This document shows, in pieces, positions 13,500 through 27,261 of a stretch of DNA of 64,000 nt. A model generated the notes under the pieces. That model did not search any database and was not told the DNA's origin. It saw nothing but the letters and a program-made list of their open reading frames with translations. Position numbers and translations under genes: made by a program. Each line of letters starts with the position of its first letter. Position 1 is the stretch's first letter. Source of the stretch: Octopus sinensis (lineage: Eukaryota); assembly GCF_006345805.1 (NCBI RefSeq), contig NC_043021.1, positions 13,950,001 to 14,014,000 of the forward strand. Direction: 5' to 3'.

Positions 13500-14664
13500 T
13501 GCATGCATATGATGGCCAGGATCATCTCTATGGCAGAAACTGACCAAAATAAGTGTGGTGACTCTGGCTTGGCTGAAGCCAGACTGTTGAGTAAAAGAAC
13601 CTTGCCACAGTATTTCTCAATGTCTATTAGAAAATTTGGACTCAGCAGAACTAGATAAGAAAACACATTTTAGTTAAGGTGTGCTCCCATAACTTGCAGC
13701 ATTGGGGCATTAAGAAGCCTCACAATAGGCATTTTATCTGCTAGAAGTAATAGCTGCAAAATCTCCTTTAAATCACACTCTACTATCTTGGAAAAGAAAA
13801 AGACACACCAAATACCTATATATCTCTGAAAAGACATGAAGGTTATGGTTGGAGTTCCTTAAATTAAAGGGTCTGCTCAATCAGGATTAACCTGCCGCTA
13901 AACAACAACAACAAAAGCAATCAGCTGTTCCAATCATGTGTGTGTATTTAACAGCTTGTTAGACTCTGCCACCTTATAGAAATGATAGAAGAACAGTGAT
14001 TGGTAATTAGAAGAGGCAGAGATGTCTTTATTCTTTTAATATGTGAAAGAGTGTACAGAAAGTGTGAGAGCCATGAACAAAGTTAATATTCTACATGTTG
14101 GTCCATCTAACCATCTTGACAGTTTGTTAGATCTATGAAGGGTATCAAACAACCTTGGCAAGATTTTGTCAGATGTATTTAAAGCTGCAAGATTCCATAT
14201 AAAGAAGTAGACCAAAGGGATGACAACATTAAGTTTGGAAGATTATCTCAAAGTATAGAATAATAATATTTGGAAGACTATAGTGAGAATGATATACAAT
14301 ACTGTGTAATATTAAATATCACATAATATTGCCTCATAGTTGGGACTTACTATAAAATGTATTGAAAGATATAATAGCAATAGTATATGCTAGGAAAACA
14401 TTAAGTTAAATTTTTGGAAGAATAAAAAAATAAGGGTAATTAATTAATACAGAATTTTAAAAATTATAATATATATATCTATTAAAAAAAAATTATACCT
14501 GTGTGTGCTGAGGTAGTGTTATTGCCAGCAAAGGATATATATGTCATATATTCTTTGGGTTCGCCTAAGAAATACATGGCACACAATGTCAATCTCTATT
14601 AGAATTTGAGCCATAGCTTGATTATGAAACTCAAGTGGCAAATTGTCTTAAGTATTATATAAAA

Positions 14665-14703
<39 letters not shown>

Positions 14704-14903
14704 GAAATGAAATAAGTAAAATATATATATATTCATTAGTGGAATTAGAAAAGTAAGTACAGATATAAAGGTTTTAAGATATGTATCTGAAGGTTTAAGT
14801 CAGGCATATATACAGACATATAAAGATGTGTGAGTGTGTGTATGAATATATACACAGAAATTAAGCTATCATAAAAGTATTTGTAGTAGTAGTAGTGATG
14901 ATA

Positions 14904-14941
<38 letters not shown>

Positions 14942-15399
14942 GTAACAACAACAATAATAAATATCTAAGGTTTAAATTCTACCAGGAATAAGAACAAACC
15001 TGAGTGAAATCAATAACAAAAACAATAATAATAATAATAATAATAATAATAAAGATAATAATAATAAATTTTCTGTTGTCCACAAGAGCCCAGAATGTTG
15101 GATGCACTGCAATGTGGGATTTACATTGGGTAAAAGAATGAGATTTGCCATAACACTTGAGGATAATAATGAAAATACTAATAGATAATAGTGATGATAA
15201 TACATAGCTAAGACATAATAATGGTGAGTCATTGTGGAAATGTCCATCCCATCCTTTTCAAGGCCATTTGATTGTTGCCAGAAATGGCAAACACAAGGAC
15301 TAACCAGAGATTGAACTCAGGTCACATAGCTTTGTAAGCTTTTTCCATGATCCACATACAATAGCAGGTTATTGTAGGAGTAAGAATTGTTAGTTCTGA

Positions 15400-15720
15400 C
15401 AATATGATGCTGCCAAAGGATATCTCAACATTATGATGTTAACTAGGATATTTCTTATGATGTTGCCAAATGACTTTCTTTAGGTCATAATATTAGAATG
15501 TTTGCTATGATGTTGTCAAAGAGCAAAATACTATGATGTTTATTTGCTCATAACATTAGAATAGATATTTGTTATGTTTTTAAAGAACAATTCAACATTA
15601 TAACACTTATTAGATCACAACATTAATTAGGATGTTTGTTATGATGTCAAAGGACAAAATAATATGACATTCATCAGATTGTAACAGTAAATAGGATGAT
15701 GATGACGATTGTTATGACAC
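15400..15720. repeat. Degenerate minisatellite with recurring TATGATGTT / AACATTAG motifs
   Basis: TATGATG recurs about 6 times at irregular spacing with shared flanking words (CAAAGGA, AACATTA). Confidence 0.5.
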
Positions 15721-15984
15721 GGGATTTTACAAATAATAGTGCCTATGAGGCTATGTCATCCAATATGATTTTGTTAACCATATAGCACAGCATATATGAC
15801 TTATGCTATTTAATGATAATATGAACAACTGCTGAGATAATGATGATTGCATATTTTTATCAGAATTATGATGTTAGTTTATGATACTACTAACGACAAC
15901 AACAACAATAATAATAATAATATAGACACCAATGTGTACAAGATTTCACTAAAATTTCATAGAATATAATAATAATAATAATTC

Positions 15985-16165
15985 TTTCTACTATAGGCAC
16001 AAGGTTCAAAATTTTTCTTTGTTGGGGAACTAGGAGATAACATCAACCTTAGTACTGGTACTTGTTTTATTGTCCTTGAAAGGATGAAAAGTAAAGTCAA
16101 CCACAGTGGAATTTGAACTCAGAATGTAAAGACGGACAAAATGGTGTTAAGCAGCTCTGCCAACT
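15985..16165 (-). mobile_element. Major SINE, rare minus-strand copy
   Basis: GGAATTTGAACTCAGAATGTAAAGACG is the reverse complement of the B-box core. The copy is flanked by (AAT)n. Confidence 0.8.
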
Positions 16166-17214
16166 TGAGACCATAATAATAATAATAATAATAATATAAT
16201 AATAATAATAATAATGATAATAATAATAATAATAATAATAATGTCATCATAGTTAATATCCAGCAAAATGAAACAAACTATATTTCCAAGAAAAAAAACT
16301 TTGCAAATTAAAATGAATTTGTGGGCCATGAGGAGGGGAGAGTCATCCATTTTGGGAGCAAGGCCACCATTTTTTTAGACAATACTTTGATACAGACTGA
16401 CAACATTTTGACCCATGACATTGGTTGCAGTTACTTACAGTTCACTTATGACCTAAAAGTCTAGTGCTGTGATGAAGTTATGACAAGAGGTGTGTAATGG
16501 TAGAGTTCTTTATAACAGGGGCAAAGTGGTTGTGATTAGTTTCAGTTGAATTAACATCTTAATGAGGCAGCAACAACAACTAATACCAACATCATTATCA
16601 TGACAACCAATATCATAACAAGTAGTTAATAGTCTGGTGATCCTGGAATCATCTTTCTGTGAGGACATGGTAACATAACCTCATTAACAAGCATAATTCT
16701 ATATTCATCAAGGAAATAAGTCTGCACATGTTCTCCTTCTCTCTTCATATGTACAACATAGAGCTAAATCCTTATTGATATTCTCAGATCAGAGATGGCT
16801 CAGGGCAACATGGTAACAACATAAAACCAAAACCCTATTGGCCTTCTTAGAACAGAGATGACCTGAGGCTGCACAGCAATTAAAACCCAGATCTTCTTGA
16901 GCAGAACTGAATTGACATGAGCCTACACAATAACAATATACAATTATACGCTATAGGTCTTCTCAGATCAGAGCTGATTTGGGGGTTGAGGATCTTGTGG
17001 CAACTTCACATAAATAACTGCCAAAACTATATTCCCAAAACTAAGCTCTCTCTTCAGGATCACCAGAAAATACTCTAGCCCTGACCTTTTACAGAGCTCA
17101 AGTAAGCCACATTGCATTTGGTATACAGCTCACCTATATAAGACCTCATTAGAATAATACTCACATAGTACATATATATATATGTGTGGGTGTGAACTAA
17201 TATCAATTGGTGAG

Positions 17215-17425
17215 AATGAAAGCTCAACATTGCATTGGTGGATAAATATTGTTTATTTGTGGATAAACAAGGAAACCATTGGTTTCATGCAAAAAAGATC
17301 TCTAGAATTATTCAAGCAACTGATTTGAGAATTCAAAATGGAGACAAGTATCAATATTTCCAAGTGGATCGCTTGAACAACTTTTTTGCTGCATGAACCT
17401 GGTTGCTTTGTTGAGCCAGTGTGTG
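17215..17425. mobile_element. Degenerate MITE related to 5300-5495
   Basis: Imperfect inverted arms: TGGTTTCATGCAAAAAAG...TTCAAGCAAC and ATCGCTTGAAC...GCATGAACCTGGTTGC. Confidence 0.45.
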
Positions 17426-17833
17426 TATATATATATATAAAGCTACACTGGAATACTGCTCACAAAGATGAGATCACTATAGAGTACTTTTGACGTATAT
17501 GCAATGGTGACGCTGCAGTTATACATATATCCTACAACCTATTGAGGGACTACCCAAATATCTATAAAGGTGATCTGGTACACACAAACACACACATAAA
17601 TACACATAATCTAAACCAAAGTGGAGTACTGCACACACATACACACACACTGTTGTGACAGTGATGCTGCAACACATGCACATATATACACAAATTCTAA
17701 ACTATATTGGAACATTCATCATATAGTTATGATGACGATGATTATACACATACACTTAGACATGTAGATACACATTGAGGTACTGCTCACCTATTTGCAA
17801 AAGCAATACTTTTTGCTAAGCATATACACAGAT

Positions 17834-17865
<32 letters not shown>

Positions 17866-17956
17866 CTCGCATACACATACTCTATACTCACATTAGAATA
17901 CTGTTCATATATTTGTGATTCTGCCTGTATCACATGCACATACACACATCTCCAAA

Positions 17957-18255
17957 TGACCGAAAGAAGGTTAGTTGACCGATGACCAAAGATTCCTTGA
18001 CCAATGCTTCTTACGAAATGAGTAACATCTCTGGTCATTTAATAACACCCCCAATCACTGACCAATACATCTCACTACTGACCAACAAATCTAGAATTCT
18101 CTGCCTGTTCAGGAGTTTTCTGCAGATATTCAGCATCCAAATGGTCATACTGAACTTCAGCAGTCTTTGCTGCTGTGATGCTGGTCTGAGAGAAAGGTCA
18201 ATAAAGGCCAAGAGGTGGGGTGGAGGTGGAGTGTATTGTTGTTTATCTTTTGACC
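17957..18255. promoter_or_regulatory. Homotypic cluster of 10 TGACC/GGTCA motifs (candidate nuclear-receptor-type enhancer)
   Basis: TGACC at 17957, 17976, 17983, 17998, 18059, 18079 and 18251. GGTCA at 18033, 18143 and 18196 (AGGTCA). Confidence 0.35.
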
Positions 18256-19399
18256 AACTTATAGAAATAAAAGTATCAGAACATACAGCAAAGGACACTG
18301 CCATCTCTGACACATCCACCACCACCATCACCGCAAACAACTGTAACAAAACAATTAATGGAGTAAATAGCACGATTGCTAGAAATAGTAGTCAAATCTC
18401 TCTGGAATCATAACATGACATTTTAAAAAGATAACAATGGATACTGCTAGGTCCCTAGTACACAGACAAAAATAAGGGATGATCAGGCTGCAGTGCCTTT
18501 GATCATAGGTCTACTTTATCAAGGTTTATGTAGGGCTAAAATCGACAAGAATAACAATGCCATCACTAACAACAACAACACTACTAATAACACCATCACA
18601 AACACTATTACCAACATCACCCAGGGAGGCTTTATGTAGTTGCTTGAACTGCTAGAAATAGCAATAAAATCTCACTCAAATCACACTGTACAGTCATCAG
18701 AAAGGGAAGGCTACAGTAAAAGTGATAATGTAGTCCTAGATTACCTTTGTGGTGAGGGGTGGGGGGATGGTCCTGGCCAGAACATATTTGACTATTGGTT
18801 TGCTAAGTTAGGGTTGACCTGGGGTTAAACAACAACATTAGCCATTAATATAACAGACATCGACAATGCAAATAGCACATGAAGTGATTAGAGAGACACA
18901 ATGGTGTTGTACGGCCTGCTAGAAATTGCAGCCAAATCACTTTCACATCGCATACTACAGGCTTTAAAACTTGAAAGGACAGGTTGGCCATAGCTGAGTG
19001 CATTTGATCATATGTCTGCTCATCTAGGTGAGACCTGTGGTTAAACAACTACATCACATCCTCTATATTTCCACTATTATCTCCTTTATCAAATACTAAA
19101 TCAGTACAACTAGTGGCTATGTTCATGGCAGATTGGCAGAATCGCTAGAGCACTGGACAAAATACCCTACTGTTCTATCTCTTTACATTTGGAGTTCAAA
19201 TCCTGCTGAAGTCATTTTGATTATTTTCATACTTCTTCCAGCAGGTTGGCAAAATTAAATACTGGATGAGGGTTGTATACTGGATGAAGATGCATGGCTT
19301 TTGTGGTTAAGGGGTTGCACTCATGATTACAAGATTGAAGTTTTGATTCATGGACTGTGCAGTGCATTTGTGTTCATTTCATGTAGCTCCAGTCAATTC

Positions 19400-19600
19400 A
19401 GGTGTGAAAGTGAGAATCCTGCGACAGACTGGTGTTCTGTTCAGGGGAGTTTGTTGTTATCTTGGACACCATGAGTCCTACGAGTCCCAGAACTAAAGAA
19501 ACAGTGATATCCAGGAGTTGATAATGATGACAACTGGAGATCGATTTAGTTAACTGTTGATCTGTGCCAACATGCAGTGGACTCGCATGATACAGGACAG
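19400..19600 (+). mobile_element. Highly decayed RTE-type LINE 3' fragment
   Basis: Mosaic of frames gives ...ILDTMS...DIQELIMM...DNWRSI, resembling the RTE C-terminal tail YxDxL...MxDRxxWR. Confidence 0.4.
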
Positions 19601-20015
19601 CTCGAATCTCTGTCCAACCACGCAACCCTGGTGACAGATAAAGTGACATTCCTACTTGAATTACAATGCCATCAAATCAATATAATCTGCCAATATAACG
19701 CCATATATTACTGCCAACACATCACACATACATCCTATCATTCTCTCTCACTCTGTCACAGGCACACACACACACTTTTCTGTTCAAAAGCTGATGCATT
19801 AAAAGGGATAATGAAAAAGAAAAAGATAAACAGTTGCTAAGTTTTCTTAACATTAGGATGATTGGTTGCTAGGTAGGTAGGTTGGTTGGTAGGAGTGATA
19901 CAGTTTTTGTTTGATCAGCTGGTCGCTTTGGAAAGTGTAGCTGGTTGGTGATGGTTGACAATACAGCTGTATAGTATGGCTGGCTAGTTCGAAAGAATTA
20001 TAGTTATTATTATGT

Positions 20016-20600
20016 AAGGCAGCTAACTGATAGAACCATTAGCATGTTGGGAAAATGCCTTGTGGTATTTATTCAGGCTCTGTTCATTCTAAGCTGAAAT
20101 CCCACTGAGGTTAACATTACCCTACATTTTCTAAAGGTTGTTAAAGTACCAGTTTAGCACTAGGGCTGATGGTATTGACTACTTACCTCACCTTAAAACT
20201 ACTGCCTTATACCTAAATTAGGAACCATTACTATTATTAGTATTAAGGTAGCCAGCTAGTAGAATCATTAGCACTCTGGACAAAATTCTTAGTGGCATTT
20301 CATCTGTCTTTACGTTTTGAGTTCAAATTCCACTGAGGTCAACTTTGCTTTTCATCCTTTTGAGGTCAATAAAATAAGTACCAGTTGAACACTGGGGTTG
20401 ATATAACTGAGCTGCTCCATCCCCCTAAAATTGATGGCCCCGTGCCTTTATTAAGTTTATTATTATTATCATTCTGCCAGGGTCAACTTTGCCATTCATC
20501 CTTTTCAGGGTTGATAAAATAAGTACCAGTTGGACATTAGGGTTGATTTAATCGACTCTGCCTCTACTCCAAATCTTCTGGCCTTGTGCTAAAATTTGAA
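20016..20600 (+). mobile_element. Array of about 3 major SINEs
   Basis: Heads at about 20016 and 20247, a partial unit at about 20476, (ATT)n linkers. Confidence 0.8.
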
Positions 20601-20639
20601 ACCATTATTATTATTATTATTTTATGGTTTAAAGGAAGA

Positions 20640-20900
20640 GTGAACAACACCCATGACTTCTGCTGGAGTTCTGAGACTGGCGGCGGTGGGGTGGAACTCT
20701 CAGAAGAAACCACAACAAATGGTTTGATGTTAAACCTACCACTGGTCTTATCTCTGTATGTAGTCCTTGAGTGCAGGACCTTGATGAAAGTGGGCTTCTC
20801 CAAAATCCTGCAACTGCTGAGCCATGAATCATAAACTGGGGAATGAAGAGGGCATGAGGTTTAAGTGACAGTAAATAGGGCAGCCTCCTGAGGCAATAAT
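20640..20900 (+). mobile_element. Decayed RTE-type LINE 3' fragment
   Basis: DWRRWGG / SQKKP(W) / LPLVLSLYVV mosaic resembles the RTE W-x-R-x-R-G-G-Q-x-K-T-W segment. Confidence 0.35.
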
Positions 20901-21435
20901 CTTGGGGGCCAGACCCCTCACATAGTTGTATGTTATGTATGGGGTTCGCATGGTATGTATGGTTGAACAACAAAGTTGGGTGGTATGAATCTAGCTTGGT
21001 TTTGCAATGGTTGGCTGATTAAGATGGTATGACTCACCAGTTTATGACAATAATTTCAGGGTGTGGCTATTTAGACAAGTACCACCTGCAACACAAGACG
21101 TTAAACTTGCAGTGAAGGGAAACCTATGTCTCGGGTTCAATTTCTGATGGAAGCGTTATTCTTCTTTTTACTATTGTTGGTCAAAATTACTGTTTCTAGA
21201 AATGCATGAATACCATAGGATCTCATTTACCAAAAGTTTTATGCTTGCATAGATAAGAAATCCTTTTGTTTATTGTAATTTTTATTTTCAGAAAATTTTG
21301 ATGTTTTTCTTTTGCTTTATTTTATTTGTTATTTTCCATTCTCCCTTTCATTTACAATTTTACTTTTTTCCATTGCTTTTTACATTATTATTATTATTAT
21401 TATCATCATCATCATCATTATCATTATTATTATTT

Positions 21436-22130
21436 GGGCACTGATTTGGCAGAAATATTTAAATGTCTGACAAAATACTGTTTAGTATTTCTTTCGGCAC
21501 TTCATGTTCCGGGTTCAATCCAGCTTTGTTCAACTTTGTCTTTCATCCAACCAAGGTTGACATATTAAAGTACCAGTCAAGTACTATAGTCAGTGATACT
21601 GACTAATACTTTCTCCTTCAAATTGCTGGTCTTGAGTCAAAATTTTCAACCTTTATTATTATTATTATTATTATTATTATTGCTATTATTAAGGCAGTAA
21701 GCTGGCAGAGTCATTAGTACGCCAGACAAAATGCTTCAAGGAATTTCTTCTGGATTTATGCTCTGAGTTCAAATTCTACTGATGTTGACTTTGTCTTTCA
21801 TCCCTTTCGGAGTTGATAAAATAAGTACTAGTTAAGCTCTGCAGGTTGATGTAATTGACTAGAACTCTCCCCACAAAACTTCAGGCCTTGTGCCTGTAGT
21901 AGAAAGGATTATTATTATTATCATTATTAAATGCAATCACTTGGTAGAATTAGTATAGTATAGGACAAGATGTCTTGCCGTATTTAATCATAGGCCCTTA
22001 ATGTTCAGAGTTCAAATTCCATCTAGTTCAACTTTTATTATGTTTCATCCTTCTGAGAGTTGATAACAATAAAACCCCACCAAGTACTGGGGTCAAGGTA
22101 ATTGACAAACCCCTTTCCCTGAATTTGTGT
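21436..22130 (+). mobile_element. Array of about 3 major SINEs
   Basis: Heads at about 21436, 21691 and 21936 with (ATT)n linkers. Confidence 0.8.
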
Positions 22131-22679
22131 AAACAATTATCATCATTATTTGTGTGTGTGTATACGTATGACAAACATATATATGTGAAACTTCAATTTT
22201 GTTTGTTTGTATGTTTGTCAGCTATTGCTGTGTCTCCATAAAAGTATTGGTTACAGGTTCAATTCTGACATCAGCTGCTGTGCCATCAAACATCATAAAT
22301 GTCTTACAATTCCATTTTTTAAACATTTTTCTCAATACGTATGTGCATTTGTATTTATATATGTGTATGTGAGAAGGTGAATGTGTTCATGTGTGCATAT
22401 CTGTGGATATGTAAGACTGTATATGTCAATGTATTTGTGCATGCTTGTGTGTATGAATGTGTGCATGTCTATGTATGTGTGTGCGTGAAACAAGGGCAAA
22501 GCAGTAAAAAAAAAAGGTGAAAAGGATGAAGAGCAATAGTTCTTCATGCAGTCTCCTGCCAATACCACCACAGCTACTCTCAAAACCTCCACAACACATC
22601 ACACCCCTCTTCTTGGATTTGGAAGTTTACACACACACATACACGTATATAAGTACTGCTGTAATAACAACTACGACAA

Positions 22680-23110
22680 CAGCAGCAATGGGACATTAGA
22701 GAGAACATGAAGACTAGCAGTGTTATATTACCAACAGTGACAGCTGAGTAATAGTAGCATCAAACAACAGCAGCAACAATAATGACAACAGCAGCAGTGG
22801 CAGCAGTAATGGTGACGACAACAACAGAAGCAACAGCAGCAGCAGCAACAACAGCAGCAGCAGCAACAATAGCAGTACAACAACAGTAGGAGCAGTTGTG
22901 ACAAAAACAGCAACAGTGACAATAAGAACAAGTAAAAAAAAAAATCTGGAGTAACAACAACAAGAGCAATCGCTGCAACATGGCAAACAGCAACAACAAC
23001 GACGGCCATAGCAACGGGAACAGTAGAAACTGCTGCAACAAAAGCAACAGCATAAACATCAACAACCACAATAAAAGTAACAACAACAATAACCAAGTAC
23101 AACAACAATG
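22680..23110. repeat. CAG/CAA/AAC trinucleotide low-complexity tract
   Basis: Direct reading. No Met-initiated plus-strand ORF covers it. Confidence 0.75.
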
Positions 23111-23264
23111 ACAGGAATAAAGAAAAAAAAGAAAAAGAAAAGCAAGCAAATGATTAATGCTACAATGCAGATCTTTTTCTTGTGCTGTTATGTTTTGGAG
23201 GCTAGACTTTGATTTTAATAGGGTTTTATTTATTATAACCAAATACATAAATGAAATTATTACT

Positions 23265-23391
23265 CCCATTAAGGTTGACTTTGCCTCTCACGCTTTCGGG
23301 GTCAATATAAAAAAAAAGTACCTGTTGAGTACTAGCATCAAAGTAATTGACTATCCCCCTCCCCTAAAATTTCTGGCCTTCTACCTATTAT

Positions 23392-23448
<57 letters not shown>

Positions 23449-24160
23449 CATTATTATGAAGGCTGTGAATTGGCAGAACTGTTAGCATGCTGGGCAAAAT
23501 GACACTAAGCATTTTGTTCATCTGTACGTTCTGAGTTCAAATTGCCTTTCTTTCTTCCAGGGTCAAAGAAATAAATACCAGTTGAGCACTGGGATTGATG
23601 TAATTGACTAGTTCCCCCCACCCCTCAAATTTTAGGCCTTGTGCCTATAATAGAAAGGATTATTATTATTATTATTACGATTTAGGGCAACAAGTGGTGA
23701 GAATCATTAGAAGATCTGACAAGATGCCTTGTGGCATTTGTTGTAGATTTTTATGTTCTGAGTTCAAATCCTGAGGTTTTATCTTGGCTATCATACTTCT
23801 GGACTGATAAATAAAGAATGTGTCAAGAACTGGGGTCAAGTTCATTGATGAACTTTCCCAAAATTTTTGGCGTTGTGACCATGCAAGAAGCAAATACTAC
23901 TTTTATTATTATTATTATTATAATTATTATGAATGTAGCTACAAAGGCAGTGAGCTGGCAGAATTTTTAGAGCATCAGAAAAAGTGCTTTGTAGTATTTC
24001 TTGTGACTCATTACTTTCTGAGTTCAAGTTTCGCCAAGGTGGACTTTGCTTTTCCTCTTTCAGAGTTGAAAAAAAGAAGTACCAGTTAAGTACTGGGATT
24101 GATGCAATCAATTTCTCCCCTCCAATCAAAATTGCTGGCCTTGTAACAAAATTACAAAGA
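23265..24160 (+). mobile_element. Array of about 4 major SINEs
   Basis: Partial unit at about 23270 and heads at about 23459, 23686 and 23944. Confidence 0.8.
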
Positions 24161-24505
24161 ATTATGACTGTAGTACTGTGGAAAAAAAATCTGTTTTGCG
24201 ACCTAAAAAAGTTTTTTTATTTTTCACAATTCCTAATTTGTTTAAATACTGGTGTTATTGTTGTTGCTGTTGTTGTATTTTGGCATCGTTTCCGATGATA
24301 AAAAATGCACAAATTATTAAAATACAAAAATGGAAAAAAAAAAAAAAAAATCAAAGAAAATATGTATGTTGCCAAAAACAAACTGAATATAATAAAAGGA
24401 GTAAGGGAGAGCGCTTAGAAAAAAAATTAAGAAATGAAAAAATAATTTCTTTTATTTCTATTTAAATGGAAAACAAAATGGTAAGAAATACATATGTAAG
24501 TATGC

Positions 24506-24536
<31 letters not shown>

Positions 24537-25794
24537 GTATATATATATATGTACACACATGAACATATGTAAATATTACCCTGATTTTTTAAAATCTTTA
24601 TTTTGTTAAACTGTTAAAGAGTACATACATATCAATATGCATATTTCACACATACATTCACAGATATAAATACAAATACACATTCACACACATGAGTATG
24701 TATATGTGTATACATGCAGCTGTATATGTGTTTATATATATATATATATATATATTCATAAATGCATATATATACAAAGATTATACACATACATATGCAA
24801 TTAAACATACAATATTTTAGTACATACATATACATATATATATTTATATATATATATGCATGTATGTATTTGTATATACACACACAATAACATTTTAACA
24901 CCAAAGAAAAAAAAACAAACAAGTACAAAAATAATGAAATTAAAAAAAGAAAAAATAAACTTTAAAGAAAATATGCATAAATAGATATTTCATAAAAGAA
25001 ACAAAAAAAGAAATGATATCAAACAAAATGAGAAATAAGTGCAATGAAAGAAAGAGAGAAAGAAAGCGCAACATCTTGGAACAACACCACGTACATGTGA
25101 ATAAAATTGTGAAACCAAAAAAAAAATTTAAATAAAAAATAAAAAACATCATATATCCCAGAAAGGGAAGAAAATAAAACTGAAAGCCCCCCACAAAAAA
25201 AAAACTGACAACCAAAAAACAAAGGACAAAATTGGGAACGATTAAAAGAAAAAAGTGAAATGAAGAAAAAAGAGAGAAAGGAAAAGACCACCGTAAGGAA
25301 AGATTGGAAAAGAAAAGAAAGGAGAAAAAGATCTAAAAAGACAAAGAAAAAATGATGTGAAATTGCAGCAAAGGAACATTCTTGATTTTTTTTTTTTGCA
25401 AGAAACTCCTTAAGTCTGCAAGAGAAAAATTTGGTAATTGAGAGAGTTTTTCCCTGTAAGCTATTTATAGTTTAGATTTTGGATTAAGGCTTAAGGTGTT
25501 AAAATAAATTAAATCTTCTTAATAATGGGTGCAGCAGGTTAACTATAAAGATAAAAAGAAATTAAAAAAAAAAGTTTCAGTAAATCTTGTGCGAAAAATA
25601 TTATTTAAAATAATATAAAAATAATAAAAAAAAAATGGTAAGAATAATGATAATGATTTAATATAAGAAAATGTTAACTATTATACTAAAATAATTTTTA
25701 AAAAATTGATTAATGGTAATGATTTCCTCCAGCAGCTTTTTTGATATCGGTCATGTGTAATTTGTAACGTATGTGTGTTGCGTGCGTATGTATG

Positions 25795-25828
<34 letters not shown>

Positions 25829-25950
25829 TACATATATACACACACAAACGTACATATATATATAAATAAATGCACACACAAAAATATATCCATGTATATG
25901 TGTGTATGTGTGTGTATATATATATATATATGTCTGCATGTATGTGTGTG

Positions 25951-26006
<56 letters not shown>

Positions 26007-27034
26007 TTTTGTATTATATTTTCATGCTTTTTCTTCTCTATTTCATTGAAATAATACTATTGAAGTGAAAAAATAAATTGCTATGTTTAAGACAACACAC
26101 GCACATACACATACACATCCAAACACACATCAAAATAAACACCTGCATCTAACTGAACATGCACACATCCATTAGGCTTAGCATTATCACATCCACACTC
26201 CCATCAGAAGGTGTCAGCCAAGTCCCTAGTCGCAGGATAAAAGGTTGAAAGAAAAAACAAAAAAAAAAACTAGGGACAATATATACTACATTACCACCTT
26301 CTCAATGATCCACCCCAATAAAAGTCTAAGCACAAGAACAGCAACAACAAAAATAATGAAAATTAAGGATCAAAATTAAAACATAAAACAAGCCCAGCAA
26401 GTTTGCAGTCCCATGACTGACACAAGTAGAGTAATAACAAAATGAAAAGAGACACACATACATTCACACATGTATATATGTATGTACACACATACACATA
26501 TATATGTAAGAAAGTATATATGATTACATTAGTAAATAGCACAAACTAAAATGTGGAATCCTAAATGGGGTATTCCCGATGGGATTGAAGCCAAAGCTAA
26601 TTCTCTGACAACAGTACAAATCTCTTATATGGCACTACATTACTTCAAACTTTGGACATTTGCAATTACATACTTCCTAATATACATGTGTATATATATA
26701 TAATTATGGGTGCAGCATACTGCCAAAATTGGTAGAGAACCAGGCAAGTTCCTTGTGTTATTTGGGCCCTTGACATTAAGTATTAATGTTAAATCAAACC
26801 AAGTTCAACTTGCCTTTCATCCTTCTGATGAAAATGAATGCAAAATGCATCGGTCTTCAAGTACTGAGGTTGATATATTAATCAACCATGGATATTCCCT
26901 GAAAATATCAGGGATTCTTATTGTACATGTGAAAATTATAAAGCAACTCTTTGTCATATTGATGTGTAGATACATGCATGCATGCGTGCATACACACACA
27001 CACACACACACATGTATATATATATGTATGTATG

Positions 27035-27066
<32 letters not shown>

Positions 27067-27223
27067 CACACACACACATATGTAGATAGGAGATAAATAT
27101 GTACATGTACACACACACATATATATATACATACACACACACACATTGAGTTTCATATAAATGGATATATTAATATCTTTGCAACATGGCAACTGGCCAT
27201 GAGGTAAGAATAGAAATACACAT

Positions 27224-27261
<38 letters not shown>

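Noticed and set aside
20715-20790. KWFDVKPTTGLISV as a cadherin/protocadherin fragment
   Set aside because: Only a short motif resemblance, with an immediate stop and no other cadherin motifs (DxNDN, PxF, LDRE).
19398-21085. Apparent minus-strand exon chain (donor 21038, exon about 20744-20837, exon about 19398-19630) with compatible phases
   Set aside because: The upstream piece has stops in all frames, the joined peptide is unrecognised, and the plus strand of both segments is better explained as decayed RTE 3' ends. Not fully excluded without RNA data.
21292-21440. AG|KILMFFFCFILFVIF as a second syntaxin TM exon
   Set aside because: Hydrophobicity is an automatic result of T-rich low-complexity DNA. 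It lacks the KK start and the GG-type tail.
22680-23110. CAG/CAA tract as a polyQ or mucin-like coding exon
   Set aside because: Several stops in the Q frame, no Met-initiated ORF on the plus strand, and no splice sites noticed.
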